From NCBI GenBank assembly GCA_013265495.1, contig MU058531.1, forward strand, positions 3,348,911 to 3,412,910: a stretch of 64,000 nucleotides of DNA, given 5' to 3'. Shown here piece by piece: positions 13,505-26,414 of the stretch. The first letter of the stretch is position 1, and each line of letters opens with the position of its first letter. Origin of the DNA: Vicugna vicugna. Lineage: Eukaryota. The translations under genes and the position numbers were made by a program. Below the pieces are notes generated by a model. It did no database searches, was not told the origin of the DNA, and saw only the letters and a list, made by a program, of their open reading frames with translations.

Positions 13505-13557
13505 ACACTCCAGCAATAAATGCCCACTGCACACTCCAGCAATAAATGCCCACTGCA
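13505..13557. repeat. Perfect 26-bp tandem duplication acactccagcaataaatgcccactgc
   Basis: Copies at 13505-13530 and 13531-13556. Confidence 0.95.
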
Positions 13558-14289
13558 TTCATGACTAGGAGCTTCCTAAACACAATACGCGGTCTTTCTA
13601 TTCTGTGCCTCACCTGGGGCTGCCTCCCTTCCCCATTCCTCTTTCTCTGTACTGTAAATTCAGTTTAGGTGTCAGTCACTCTAGAAGCCTTCCCCTGGGC
13701 TGGATTCACCTCATTGATTTTGCATTTCGATTGTTTCTGTGTCCTCTACTCCACTGTGAGAGTCTCCATCACCTCTCTGTCCCTACGGCTGAGCCCAGGA
13801 CCTGGAATAGACTGGCACTCAGTTCGTGCTTGTTGAACCTGACTGGCATGGGGCAGGAAGCATCTTTGTGCTTCTTCTTCTCAGTTTGCCCTCCTGGCAG
13901 GTCTCTGACTTCCTATGTACCATCTCGTTACTTGAGCCCCACTAGAGAGAAAACCCACTGAGAGGCCTCACCTTGTCATACATAATTGGGTTGCATTATG
14001 TTGGATGGTCTGCAGGGTGGAACATCATCATTATTCGATTCCAGACAAGTCTCTGTCTAGGAGGAGTGGGAGAGAGAGGAGGGGCACGCTGCAGTGCCAG
14101 GGTTGTGGAGGAGGCCCCTTGAGGTGCTCAGGGCCTCATGAACTGCCTTTCCCTCCATGCGCAATAACCCCACATCGTGTGTGGAGTCTTTCCTTTTAAA
14201 GCACCTTGGCACACCTGATCTCATTTGACCTTTCCTACAAATCACCTTGGGAGGTGGAACTGATTAGACACAGTGAAACAAATGAGGCT

Positions 14290-14770
14290 GATTCACTTAT
14301 TTATTCTACAAATATTTACTGAGTTCCTGTTATGTCTCCAGTGAGGGAATATGGCAGTGAACAAAACTAGCACATTCCCAGCTGTCAGGAAATTCTGGTT
14401 CTAGTTGGGTGATGCCAACAAGTAACTCGTATACAAATGAGTAATAAATAGAATTCCCAGTAATGGTAAGCACTAAGACAATCAGGCAGGGTAGTATTAC
14501 ATTAAGGGGTGAGTTGGGGGGAGGAGGGGCCACTTTAGAGCAGGCGAAGCCTTTCTGAGGAGATGACATCTGAGCTGAAATCCAAACGGTGAGAAGGAAC
14601 AGGCCAGGTGACACCTGAGGGAGGCGGGTTGACTCGCGGAGAGTCCAGGGTGGAGCGGGTGCTGGAGCCCTGAAGCAGGCCCTTTCCTCAACGTCCCTTG
14701 ACCTGCTCTCTTCCCTCCTATGTCCATGGACACTCGTGAGTATGTCTGGGGCAAACTGGGCAGGCAAGGG
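14290..14770 (-). mobile_element. L2 LINE 3' end
   Basis: attcacttatttattctacaaatatttactgag...gcagtgaacaaaac...ctgaggagatgacatctgagctga. Confidence 0.8.
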
Positions 14771-15007
14771 AGGAGGCGTACTTAAGCATGCCGGGTGGTC
14801 TCACTGAATGCGAGCCCTGAGTGTGCACAGCCAGCCCAAAGCCGAGGAGGGGCCACCTGGGTCCCAACCTTCTCCACCTTTCATCTCTCAGTCATCCCTT
14901 CCTCAAGGGATCCATCCCTTAGGAGCAAACCTCACCTCTTTCCACATCAGCAGGAAAGGGTGTCAGAGACACTTTGTACAAGACAACTGAGAGTTGGCCA
15001 TCCTGCC

Positions 15008-15190
15008 ATTTTTTGGTATGTGTGCTAAAATACATATACTGTGAAATTTACCATTCTAACCAATTTTAATTGTACTGTTCAGTGGCGTTAAGTACATCCA
15101 CATTGTTGCACAGCCACAAGCATCCATCTCCAGAACTTTTTATCATCCCAAGCTGACACTCGGTATCTATCCAACAATAACTCCTGCCAC
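15008..15190 (-). mobile_element. L1M 3' end fragment
   Basis: aaatttaccattctaaccaattttaattgtactgttcagtggcgttaagtacat...ccagaactttttatcatccc. Confidence 0.8.
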
Positions 15191-15284
15191 TTTTTAAAAA
15201 GCCCCAATGGATCATGGATAATGAGGAACCAAATGCCATTCTCCCAAAGCCTCTCCCCGAAGGGGTTTAGTCCCCTCTGTTAAT

Positions 15285-15481
15285 GCGGTATCTCTCAGTG
15301 TAGTCTGAAGACAGCTGGTGCCAGAATTGCCCGGTTTGGGGAGCAGGGGAAAACTGCCTGTTACAATGCAGGTCTCCCCCTCCTTCCTGAACTAGAATCT
15401 CTTGACTAGCACTCAAGCAAGTGGGTTTGAACAAAGTCCCCTGCAGAATTCTGATCCTGATGTAAATGTGAGAATCACTGG
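15285..15481. mobile_element. MER5-like hAT MITE
   Basis: aatgcaggtctcc...agaatctct...gattctgat...tgagaatcactg terminus. Confidence 0.5.
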
Positions 15482-18400
15482 TTTCAGCCTCATGGGAGGA
15501 ACACATGAGTTAAAATATGAGCCAGGGCAGAAAAAGCCTGCTAGGGGAGGTAGCTGTTTGGGTTCTGTTCTGCTTCATCAGAAACTCTGGGCAAGTGCCT
15601 TAATCTCTTTAAACCTCGGTTTTCTTATCTCTCTCATTTGGAGCTTGTGATCGTAGCATGTTCCTCACGGCAGTCACTGTGAAGACTGAATAAGATGATA
15701 CACGAGGCGCTCAGATCAGTACCTTGTGTGGAGATCTCAGATCTCAACGTGGCATAGGGGTGGTGAGGTCACCCAAGTAGTTATGTATTTTTAAGGAGTT
15801 ATAGATAAAGTGGACTAAACTTCACTATTTCAAAAGTGCTTTCTTTTTAGCTGTTCCACTGCAGGAAAACAACCAAGGGTATCAGTTAGGACAGGAAAAA
15901 AAGAAAAAAATATGTACCTGCAGTAATTGAATGTTTTTCCTGAAAAATCTTTTCAGAGATGGATCCGTGTGGAGAAGTTCCTGAGAGAAATGGTCAGGTC
16001 TAATCACCAGCAGTGATGCAGGTAGTGCATAGCTGTGGGAAATGTAAAGAAAATGAGACTCTGGTGCCTGTCCCCGATACTTACCACCACCCCACTTGGG
16101 GACAAGGGTGGTTAAGGTTATCTAAAGAATGGAGGGCTCTAGAAGGTTGGCAGTAGTTTGAGAGTGAGGCTGGCAGTCACTGTTCAGAAAAGCTTCCTGA
16201 ATAGGATGTGGCTCTGCAGAAAGGAAGGTAGGGGGTCTAGGGAGTGATGAGCAGGATGCAGAAATGGGGTGAATAGGCAGGTTCAGGGAACCATGGCTGA
16301 GGTGGATGTCAAATTAGTGAGTTGGAGAGGCTAGTTTAGAGCACACCACCCTCAGACCTAGCTCTGTTTGGCCGAGTTTAATATCATGCAGTATCACTTA
16401 AACCTAGCAAGTAGCCTGTTAATACATTTCAATTAGATCCAGTAGCTTTGTGGACCATCTATATTCAGTTTCTAGGAGAGGATCTGACACACAGTAGGTG
16501 TTCAGAAAAAATTTATTGAATAAGTGAATGAATGGAGTCATACTCTGTGGTTGACCAGCCGTTGGAGGAAAGGTTGAGCAATCTGGAAGTTGTTGTAGGA
16601 AGTTGTTGCCCAGGAATAGAGCAGTGTTTACAAGTAAGTAAAACAAGTGAAGTGATGCATAATTTCAGTGGGGAGTGGGCACAGCATGTGATTTTCCATG
16701 ATCTTCTCCTTTTTAAAGTAAGATTTAGAACACTGGGAAAGAGATTGCAGATGTTTATATAGATTTCATTATGTCCCAAAGTTATTCTTTTAGACAATAC
16801 AGTATGAAACAAGAGAAGCAGGATAAAAATGATACAAACAGTATAATTTCAGTTCCATTAAAAAAGTATGTTCATGGGAGGGGGAACTGGAAAGAAGTTA
16901 TAACAAAATTAGGCCTTACCTAATGATCTTACCTTATCTTTCCTACTTTATTCTTATCAGACTTTTTTCCCCAGATTTTCTACAGTAAATGTGTATTACT
17001 TTTATAATCAGAAAAATATAACCTGTTATTTGTTCAACAGTTAGTATAGAATGTGGTGCAACATGCTTACCTGCTTTTTTTTCTTATCCCTGGCACTCAT
17101 CATGAAGATCACAACCGATATTTGAAATAATGACACAATGATAACAAAAATGAACTTCACCTTACCAAGTATAGCACTGTCTGTGTTGTGTATGCAGCAG
17201 AAGTACTGACGAGCCCACACCATCCAAATGCTGCCGTTGGCCATACGGCAGCTCCTTGCTTCCACCTGCGTATCCCTCAGCCTCCCTGGGTACCACGCCC
17301 ACTCGCTCCCCCATCAGAGGCTCAGGAAATGGCGAGAAGGCTGGTAATGCAGGTCAGAGCCGCCTTGCTTGCTTCAGATTGTGGACTTAACAAACAGCTC
17401 TGTACTTGGGGTTACACTGCCCTAAAAAATAGCAGAAGTGCCTAGGTACTGGCCTACAGATTGAACAAGTTAAGAAAACAACAACAGCAGAACCCCTAAA
17501 ACTTGTTCATATCATTTTTTTCAATCAGGTAAAAAGTATGAATAATATATTGTTTCTTCCTTTTGGACGATGACTTCTCAGTGGTAAATCAGAGGCACAG
17601 CTAAAGTGAACTTTGAGTTTTAACGAGGTGTTCTATTTGTATTTTCAACTCCACCGAAAACAAGTGCCATTAGGATGATATCAACTGTTTGAGTCAGTTG
17701 TTGGCTTGGGCTCCCACCCAGAATTTGATGTCATTAGCGGCATCCGTGAGGAACAGAAAGAATTTTGAAGCTTGTTGACCTGAAGACCCTTCATTGGTGC
17801 TGGTGTTAAATATAATGTAAATATAAAAATGAAAATGGCCATCTTATGCATTAAGTTCATGGTTTTAAAATACTTTCCATCTGCTAGGGCTTTGTTGGGG
17901 AACCTCTATGAAACTGGAGAGTTATTTAGTCTGGAAAATGTTTTAGTCAGTGTGATGATGAAATGTAGGCTAGGTATCAGATATAGGGAACCCAGGAAAA
18001 AGGAAGGGCAGAAAGCACAGCCATGAAGAAAAGAGTTTGCAGGAACTGAATCATATCTTATTGTGATTAAATCAGGCTCCTTTTACTGAGAGGCTGTAAT
18101 GTGAGAATGTGTTAGGGTAGTAGAGCGGTTCTATTATGTTTTTCTCGTCCAGAGTGAGTTAGTTTTCATCACATGTATTTTTAATTCTTTGGAAAGACAA
18201 TTACATTAATTGAGGAATGACTTGTTTGGAAAAAAAAACATTTAGTGAATGGTAGTGTATTGAAGTTGCCTAGCTATCAATTAATTAAAAATTGCTTATA
18301 ACATGAGCTGTAGGTCCCCCAGCTAAATGGTGGCCGTTGGCTGTTTGGAGAAGCCCATAGTATTTTTGATACATTGGTTGGGTAATGCAGGGCCTTCAAG

Positions 18401-18659
18401 GAATCAGCTCTGGGTCCTTTTGATTTTTCTCCTCCTCTTCATTGCATAGCTTTCAAAATGTGCTGCCTTGACTTGGTATGAGAACTTTCCAACCTCTGTC
18501 TGGGATGGCCTACTGCTTATGCTGCAGTTAGGTTTAGCAAGGGCAGAGTAGTCCCCATGTGCCATCCACACCATGACCTTCCATCCCATCTCCAGGACAA
18601 GACTCCCTCTCTCCTCCGTTTTCTCCCTGGTCTCACTTTCCAGGGCAGAGTCCTCTTTC

Positions 18660-19256
18660 TTTTTTTTTTTTACCTTAATTGAAGTATAGTCGGTTTACAA
18701 TATTGTGTTAATTTCTGGTGTACAGAATACTGATTCAGTTATACATGTACATACACATATATACATATATATATATATTCCTTTTCATATTCTTTTTCAT
18801 TATGGGCTATTACAAGTTATTGAATGTAGTTCCCTGTGCTATACAGTAGGACCTTGTAGTTTATCTATTTTATATATAGTAGTTAGAAGCTGCAAATCCC
18901 AAACTCCCAATTTATACCCCCCCACTTCCCCCGTGGTAACCGTAAGTTTGTTTTCTATGTCTGTGACCCTGTTTCTGTTTTGTAAATAAGTTTATTTTGT
19001 CATTTTTTTAGATTCCACATATAAGTGATATCATATGGTATTTTCTTTCTCTTTCTGGCTTACTTCACTTAATATGATGATCTCCAGGTCCATCCATGTT
19101 GCTGCAAATGGCATTATTTTATTCTTTTTATGGCTGAATAGTATTCCATTGTATAAATATACCACAACTTCTTTATCCAGTCATCTGTCAATGGACATTT
19201 AGGCTGTTTCCATGTCTTGGCTATTGTAAATAGTGCTGCTATGAACACTGGGGTGC
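18660..19256 (-). mobile_element. L1 3' end (cetartiodactyl/camelid-type)
   Basis: Poly-T, then aattgaagtatagtcggtttacaat...gattccacatataagtgata...gctatgaacactggggtgc. Antisense [21 protein letters not shown] is the L1 ORF2 C-terminus. Confidence 0.92.
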
Positions 19257-19789
19257 CACCACCTCTGCACAGCATGGCCACTCTACACACCCACCGTCCT
19301 CTGCCTCCTGTGAGCACACACGGTTCAGCTGTGTAACATCCTGCGAGTGGCACACACATTATGAAAGCAGCCTGGCCATGCAGCAGCTCTTCCACCCATG
19401 ACATGCAGAAAATAGTCAGGAAGGGCTCCCCATCCCCTCAGATCTACAGAGTTTTCTTTTTCTAAGTTTGCTCTTATATAAATATCACTCACAATGAGAC
19501 AGCTGCTAGGCCGAGCGATCACACAATATGTCATATTCATAAAAACAGTAACGTTGGGCATGATTAGACATTATTTTTACCTAAAAACAAGAAAACCAAT
19601 TTAATTGTAAGCCATGTCTTGCTTCCAGTATTTCATTTCTAAAATACTGTTAGATGTTCATGGCATCTAATTTAGTTTTAATATAAAGGTATTTCAGCTT
19701 AAATATTAGCTTTGAGGATATCAGGCATTATTTTATGCAAAACTTTTAAACCACAATAGAATAGTTTCGAAATGGCAAAAAGAGAAGAT

Positions 19790-19872
19790 ATGAGTGTGTA
19801 TATACATAGATGTGTGTATACATAGATATACATATATTCATATATATTTGGAGAGAGACAGAGAGAGAGACA
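19790..19872. repeat. Compound (TG/TA/GA)n low-complexity repeat
   Basis: Directly visible. Confidence 0.75.
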
Positions 19873-21545
19873 CTAGTCTGAGCCAGCTGCATCATGTTTA
19901 GGATCAGAAGCCTCAATATTGTTAGGATGTTACTTCTGTCCAGATTAATATAGTGATTACAACCAATCCCAAGGTCCCTGCAGGAATTTTTTTTTAATGA
20001 AATTGATATTCTTGAGGATGAGGGTAAAGTTTGGGTTTACTACACTAAATGATGTGGCACTCTGTTCCTTCTCAATTGATGTGGCTGAAAGGAGTCATGT
20101 GATGAGAGTTGTGTTTGGGGAAGATTTTTCTGAAAATCATGTTGGGTGGATTGAAAGAGGAGGAGGGTAGATTTTGGGAGACTGGAAACTGTTAAGGAAT
20201 CCAGGTCCTAATGGACAAGGATTGGGCTCAAATAGCCGTGGAAGGGAAGGAGAGAGTCAAATGCCTTTTGAGATCAAGTATGTGCCTAGGTATATGCCAG
20301 GAATGTGGGCTGCAGGTCTCTATGAAGCTCCTTAAGTTTGAAGATGCAAGGTCTGTGTTCTTCTGAAGCTCTCTACCCATGCAGGGTCCTATGCTATCAG
20401 TAGCTACAATGTAGTGTGCCGTGACATGCTGTGGTGGTGAGATATAGGAAGAACTCTAGGAAACATAGATGAGAGCAGTTAATGCTGACAGGTGAGCATC
20501 AGAGAGGGCTACAGAGAGATGCTGTTGAAGCTGGGCATCAGTTTTAGTAGAGTTAGAAGACAGTGGGAAGGGAAATACATGGAGGCATTAAGTGCTAGGC
20601 TGCTTCAATAAATGGCAAAAAGACCAGTGTGACAGGATATCTTTTCTTTGAGGGTACTGGTCAAAGATGAAACCGGAAAAAATCAACTGGGACTAAATCA
20701 TGAAGGGTCTAATGCCATCCAATGCTGCCCACTTTTCTTTTGTGTCATCATTTTATCAAAAACTTGGATCGTTGTGTGTGCTCATCCTGTGAGTGTCATG
20801 AAACTATAATCCTATCTGCCTCCACTCTTGGCTTAAAGTTACATTCTGCTAATGTCTATATCCCCGTGTTTCTGGGAGAGCAGTAGGGAGAGAAGAAGTG
20901 ATTTGCAAACTAATTGGAGACTGTGTTGACAGTGAGGATTTCCTAATGAGTTTTACAGATACCTCAATGGGCAACCTTTTTTGTGATCCTCCACATTACT
21001 GGCAGTCTTATCAGTGTAGTAGTTCCAAAAATATTTATTTATGTAACTTTCTCATCTACCTTTCAGTCAACTCATGATATCGAATACACACAGAGTATAA
21101 AGATTAAGGTATCTCTGGATTTTCTGGGTCACGAGCCTAGCATTGCAAACTCTGAAATGTTTCTAATAAGGAGAGTAGAAGTCATAAGAGGTTAAGTCTT
21201 AAGGGTCTCCAAAAAGAGTGTAGATTGGTACACCAGTGCTTTTTGGGAATGTTTTAAAATCTTTGTTTCTTTGTGAGTTATGGAATTTTCATCATAATAG
21301 TTCAGAGAAAGGAGGTCGGGAAGGAGTGGAAGAGCAGACATTCAGTGGAGAGGAAAGAGTGAAAACCGACTCACATCGTGTAGAGTGGGTGTGGGTGTAT
21401 GCATACACCTCCAACTGTACTCCATGTGCCTGTGGTAGGGAGAAATGGAGGAAAGGGTTGTGCAGACAAAATATTTTCTTTAATCTCTTTGCTGAGTGGA
21501 CTTTGGTTTCTAATCTGTCAAATGTGGATAATGATAGAATTTATC

Positions 21546-22056
21546 TGTACTAGTTATGTATTGCTATGCAATAAGTTACCCCTAAAACCTAGTGCCTCAA
21601 AATAGTGAACATGTATTATCTCACAGTTTCTGTGAGTCAGGAATTTGGGAGGGGCTCAGCTGAGTGCTTCTGGCTCAGAGTTGCTCATGAGATTACAGTC
21701 AATATGTTGACTGAGGTTGCCATCGTGTGGAGCCTTGACTGAGATTGGGGGATCACCTTCCAAGATGGCCCACTCAACTAGCTGTTGGCAAGAGGCTTCA
21801 GTTCTTACCACAGGGACCTCTCCTTATGACATGGTAGCTGACTTCCCCCTGAGAGAGCAAGAGAGGAAGAGCAAGAAAGAAACCCCAATGACTTTTATGA
21901 CCTATTCTCAGAAGTCATACACGGTTACTTCCACCACATTCCCTGTTGGAAGGAAGTCACTAAGTACAGTCCACAGGCCAGGGGAAGGGAATCAGCCTCC
22001 ACCTTTTGGAGGGAAGAGTATCAAAGAATTTATGGACATATTTTAAAAGCATCACA
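21546..22056 (-). mobile_element. MaLR solo LTR (MLT1F/G-like) inserted into a MIR
   Basis: tgtactagttatgtattgct...tctcacagtttctgtgagtcaggaatttggg...ttttaaaagcatcaca. MIR halves flank it at about 21485-21545 and 22057-22125. Confidence 0.85.
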
Positions 22057-23224
22057 CTACCTTGTAGGGTTGAGTCAGAATTACATGAGATAATAATTGT
22101 ACAGTGCTTAGAACAGAACTTAAGCAGCACCTACCTTGAATTACCTTCCTCACGGGTGAGAAAGGACAGATGAACTGTCAATTTGAAGGCTTTGGCTTGA
22201 AAAATCACTCTAAAAAAGCAAAGATATTGAAACCAAGCTGGTGCCATAAGCCATTAAAGTAAAGTTATCAGTATAGTTCTTGACATGAAAAATTGTTTAT
22301 GTTTTGAGTTTTAAAAAGCAGGTATAAAACAGCATGTACAGTATGATCTGGTATTTGTGTAATTATGTACATTAATCTCTGTATGTTGATACATAGGGAG
22401 CATTCTGGAAGAAAGTTCCTTATAATCTTGGTTATCACTGAGTGATGGGATTTGTGTTAAGGTAAAAAAAAAGTGTGTGTGTGTGTGTTTCTGCATTGTT
22501 CGAATTGTTTCACACTAAGCATATATCTACAAAAGTAAGAGAGGACTTTTCCAAAGAAAATAAAAAAGAAACCAAGTTGGAAGGACACAACAGATGGAAA
22601 GGGTTAGGATGTTGCTCTGGGTGAGCTGGTCTGTTCCCTGTGAAGTATCTGACTGATAAGGTGTCCTCTGATCCCTCAAAGTAGATGTGAAGACCTGCAT
22701 GTGCTGGGAGCAGATGAGAATTTGTGATTGTTCTAGAGGGGCTATGCATGTAAGAGAAGAAGAGAAAGGCAGAAAAGGGAGAAGCAAGGAGAAGAGGGAC
22801 ATCTGGGGGACAAAGAGTGAAGGCAGGGCAAATCTCCTGTTGACAGCAGAGCCTGAATGCTCATCAGTTGCCTTGGGAAAAACAGTTTTACCTACAAAGG
22901 AATGGTATACTTGTGACAGGCACTCTATGGACTGAGAGTGCCTTAAACATCCTTTATAATTGTACTGGCCACAGTGGATTGAAATTTGTTCAGTTTTCTC
23001 TCTCTCAATAGACTTGCAAGCAGATCCTGGCTATCTAGCCGTTACACCAACATCAAGTTCCCAGCATAGAGCAGGGCTCAATCATTCAGAGAATAAAATA
23101 GGCTAAAATAATGGCTTTTACAAATTGAAAATGTTTATGTCTACTGATATTAACTGAATAATGTATTCAAATGAAGCAGAGGGCGTTAAAAATATATTTT
23201 ACAGGAAAAAAATGGAAACACTGC

Positions 23225-24245
23225 CTAAATATGATTTTGAAATGTTTAAATCTACCATTTGTTTCTCATTTGTCACATCTGTCCTTTATTCACCTTTTCC
23301 TTTTTTCTGCCTTCTTTTTTATTACTTGAAAAACTTCTTTTAAGATTCTAGTATTTTGACTTATTTCCTGTATTTTTTTCTGAAAGTAGTTGCACTGGGG
23401 CTTAAAGTATATATCTTTAGCTTATGACAGCCTGTCTTTAAGTAATGTTATCCCAAATCATGTAGAAAATAATCTTATAACAATGTATTTCCATTTCCCC
23501 TCTCTTGAATTTTGTGTTATTATTGTGATAAATTTTACTTCTGCATTTGTTAGTAACCCCACAATACATCATTATTATTTTTGCTTTAAATGGTCAATTA
23601 TCTTGTCATTTCAAAAGTAAGAAAAAATTATATTTACTTACATATTTAACATTTTTCGTACTCTTTATTTTTTTGTATAGATCTAGGTTTCTATCTGGTA
23701 TCATTTTCCTGCTGCCTGAAAGACTTTCTTTACCATTTCTTATGTGCAAGTTTGCTAGTGATGAATTCTTTCAGCTTTTGTATGTCTAGACATCTTTATT
23801 TCATTTTCGTTTTCAGAAGATATTTTTGCTGGGTATAGAATTCTAAGTTGGCAGTATTTTTTTCCCCCAATACTTTAAAGATTTACTCCACTCTCTTCTG
23901 GCTGGCGTTGTTTCTAATGGGAGTTTGTTGCCATGCTTCTCTTTGCTCCTCTCTATTCCATGTGTCTTCTTTCTCTAAGTTCCTTGGCTTCACTGACTCT
24001 CAACTTTTTCCCTTTAAATTAGTCTCCATCTCCTTCCCTAATAGCCTAGAAACTCTCAAGCTGTAAGTTAGGGCATTTATAGAGCTCACCTAATTTGTTT
24101 TGTTCTTTCAGGGATCAGTATTCTATGCTATCTGTTGTTCAGTATCTGAGAGCCATTATTTCGTAATTTTTTCTGATTTTTTTTAATTGTTTAAGGCAGG
24201 AGGACAAATCTAGTCTCTCCATTTTGGCTAGAAACAAAAGTTCTG
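23225..24245 (-). mobile_element. Old L1 (L1MC/MD-like) fragment
   Basis: atctggtatcattttcctgctgcctgaa...gatatttttgctgggtatagaattctaagttggcag is antisense ORF1-region sequence. Confidence 0.7.
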
Positions 24246-24402
24246 AAATATTGAATCAGAAAAACAAATACCTAAAACCAACTTATGTTTGCAGAATTCC
24301 TTCCTCAAAATTGGTTCTTATTTTGCATCAACTTAGAATTATGAGTGCATTAAGAAAAATTTATTTAGTGCCACAGTTTGACATTATCCCTTTGTCTTAC
24401 AG

Positions 24403-24757
24403 GAAATATTCAAACTGGATTTTTAAATCATTGTAAGCCAGTAATGGATCAGAAGTTACAGAATGCAATCCCAAATAAAAGTCTTCAAAAGAATTGCTTC
24501 AAATAACCGAAGAACAAAATTGATTTACCATCCTAAAACCCTGATCTAGAGAAACGTATTGCACATGGTAGGAAGTGATAACTGTGGAAATTTATTTGGC
24601 TCTTAATGCACCTTAATGAAAGGAATTACCACTTTTTTTCTCAGAGGGCTTGTGTATCTGAGATGTTTTAATAATCAGTAGTTTTATTAAAATCTTGACA
24701 TGATCACCAGAGAGAAGAAACAGAACAATAATAGCTAAAACCTGTGCGTTGGTCAAG
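24403..24757 (+). other. PLCE1: 5' UTR portion of the PLCE1 first coding exon
   Basis: Pyrimidine tract and acceptor ccctttgtcttacAG|G at 24401-24403, immediately after L1-derived intronic sequence. A 355-nt leader is similar in size to the recalled human exon. Confidence 0.75.
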
Positions 24758-25960
24758 ATGACTTCTGAAGAAATGGCAGCTTCTGTTCTCAGACCTGTGA
24801 CTCAGAGAAAAGTGATACCTGCTCAGTCGGCTGTCGATGAAAGTAGTGATAAGGTCCCAGACATCCGAGTTCCAGAGGCGCAGCGTGTCAGGCAGAGCAG
24901 AGAGACTTCTCATACCATCTCACAACTCAGCAGACCCACAGAAGAATCTTCTGGAAGCAACTCACCCAAGATTCTCTCAGTAGCAAGGGAGAAAATAATG
25001 AGTGATGAGAACAGTAATGGAAAGTGCTGGGAGAAAAGTATGCCAGACTCTGTGAAAAACCTTAACATTAACTGCAACAACATACTGAAAAGCCATCAGC
25101 GTGGCCTTCCTCAGAGCACCTTTTATGAACCGTGTGATTCTATCACAGAAGAAGGCCTGTGTTTGGAAACTGGAATCCCTTCTTCACTGGAAAGAAAGGT
25201 GTTCCCTGGAATTCAACTGGAAATAGACAGACCTCCCACGGGCATTAGTCCATTAGGAAATCAGTCGGCCGTCATAGAGACGGGCAGGGCACACCCTGAT
25301 GGCAACATGGCAGTATTTCACTTTCATTATGACTCTGACAGGACAATGTCGGGCACTTTCTGTCCCCTATCAGATAACTTGATTTTGGATGATTGTGGAA
25401 ACTGTGTACTGCCTGCTGTTGGTGGGGAGCAAAAGAAAAATTACATGGCATATACTTGTAAACTGATGGAATTGGCAAATAACTGTGATAACCAGAATAG
25501 GCAGCTGCAGTATGAGCCTTGTGACCCCTTGAATGACAAGTACTTGTGCTTTGAAGCCTCTTGCCCAAAGGCCGATGTGGTATGTTCAAGTGACAGCTTT
25601 TGCAGGGAGGATTTTACTGACAGTCCACCTGCCAAGACCTTTCTGAGCCATTTCGAGGACTTCCTTGATAATTGTGAAGATGTAGAAGAAGAGTTTTTCA
25701 AAAGCAAAAAAGAGCGGTCCACTTGGTTAGTGAGGAGATTCTGTAAAAATGACAGGGAAGTTAAGAAATCTGTGTATACCGGGACAAGGGCAATTGTGAG
25801 AACTCTGCCCTCTGGTCACATTGGGCTGGGAGCTTGGGGTTACATTGATCAGAAGAGAAACGGTCTCTTCTCGCCTTGGGGGAGGATCATGGAACAGCTA
25901 TCAACGGTGGTGATTAGGCAAGATGGGGGCCGACGTCTGTCAGAAGCCCAGTGGTATCAG
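24758..25960 (+). CDS. PLCE1: Phospholipase C epsilon 1, first coding exon (401 codons, N-terminal region; protein continues in exons outside the window)
   Basis: Translation [11 protein letters not shown]...[12 protein letters not shown]...[28 protein letters not shown]...LSEAQWYQ matches the recalled N-terminus of mammalian PLCE1. ATG at 24758 (aagATGa). Phase-0 donor CAG|GTAAGA at 25960/25961, where similarity ends. Confidence 0.96.
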
Positions 25961-26414
25961 GTAAGAGTTAAAGTTTCTTTTGATCATTTCTTTAAACTTG
26001 ATCTTTTAAAATCCAAGTTTCCATTGTCTTAGCTCATGAGCAATTTTCAGTTCTGTCAAATTATGATTCTTAGGGGAAGCATTTGTAGTTATCGGAAACT
26101 AATAGACCTAATAGATACTGTAATTGATAATGTCAAGATTGAGTTAATGCCACAACAATATAAGAAACAAAATACACATATGTCATCCAGAGTGGAGAAA
26201 TTAGGGAGTTTCCCTGGTTACAGTGTATGGGATTACAAGATAAAGTCGGGGAGTGGGGAAATGTCTCTGCTGAACTGGTTATCTAGTTGTGTCCTTTGGA
26301 GATACATGCCTGTGTCCTCTTCTGCCATGTAGCTCATCATTGCTTTTAGGCTGCAAGGTCTAAAGGAATTTAAATCTGGTTTCCTCCATTTTCTAGCCAG
26401 TGCTCCCAGTTTCT

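Noticed and set aside
15957..16021. Possible small cassette exon (ttttcag|...gcag|gtagtg)
   Set aside because: Weak donor; such motifs arise by chance and there is no transcript evidence.
14..24066. Numerous 60-150 aa ORFs upstream of the PLCE1 exon, and similar ones downstream
   Set aside because: No recognisable homology; many start at non-ATG codons or overlap repeats, as expected for random intronic ORFs.
24749..26032. 427-aa ORF as a complete single-exon gene
   Set aside because: The listed start is TTG; the real ATG is at 24758. The last 23 codons lie beyond a consensus GTAAGA donor and are intronic read-through.
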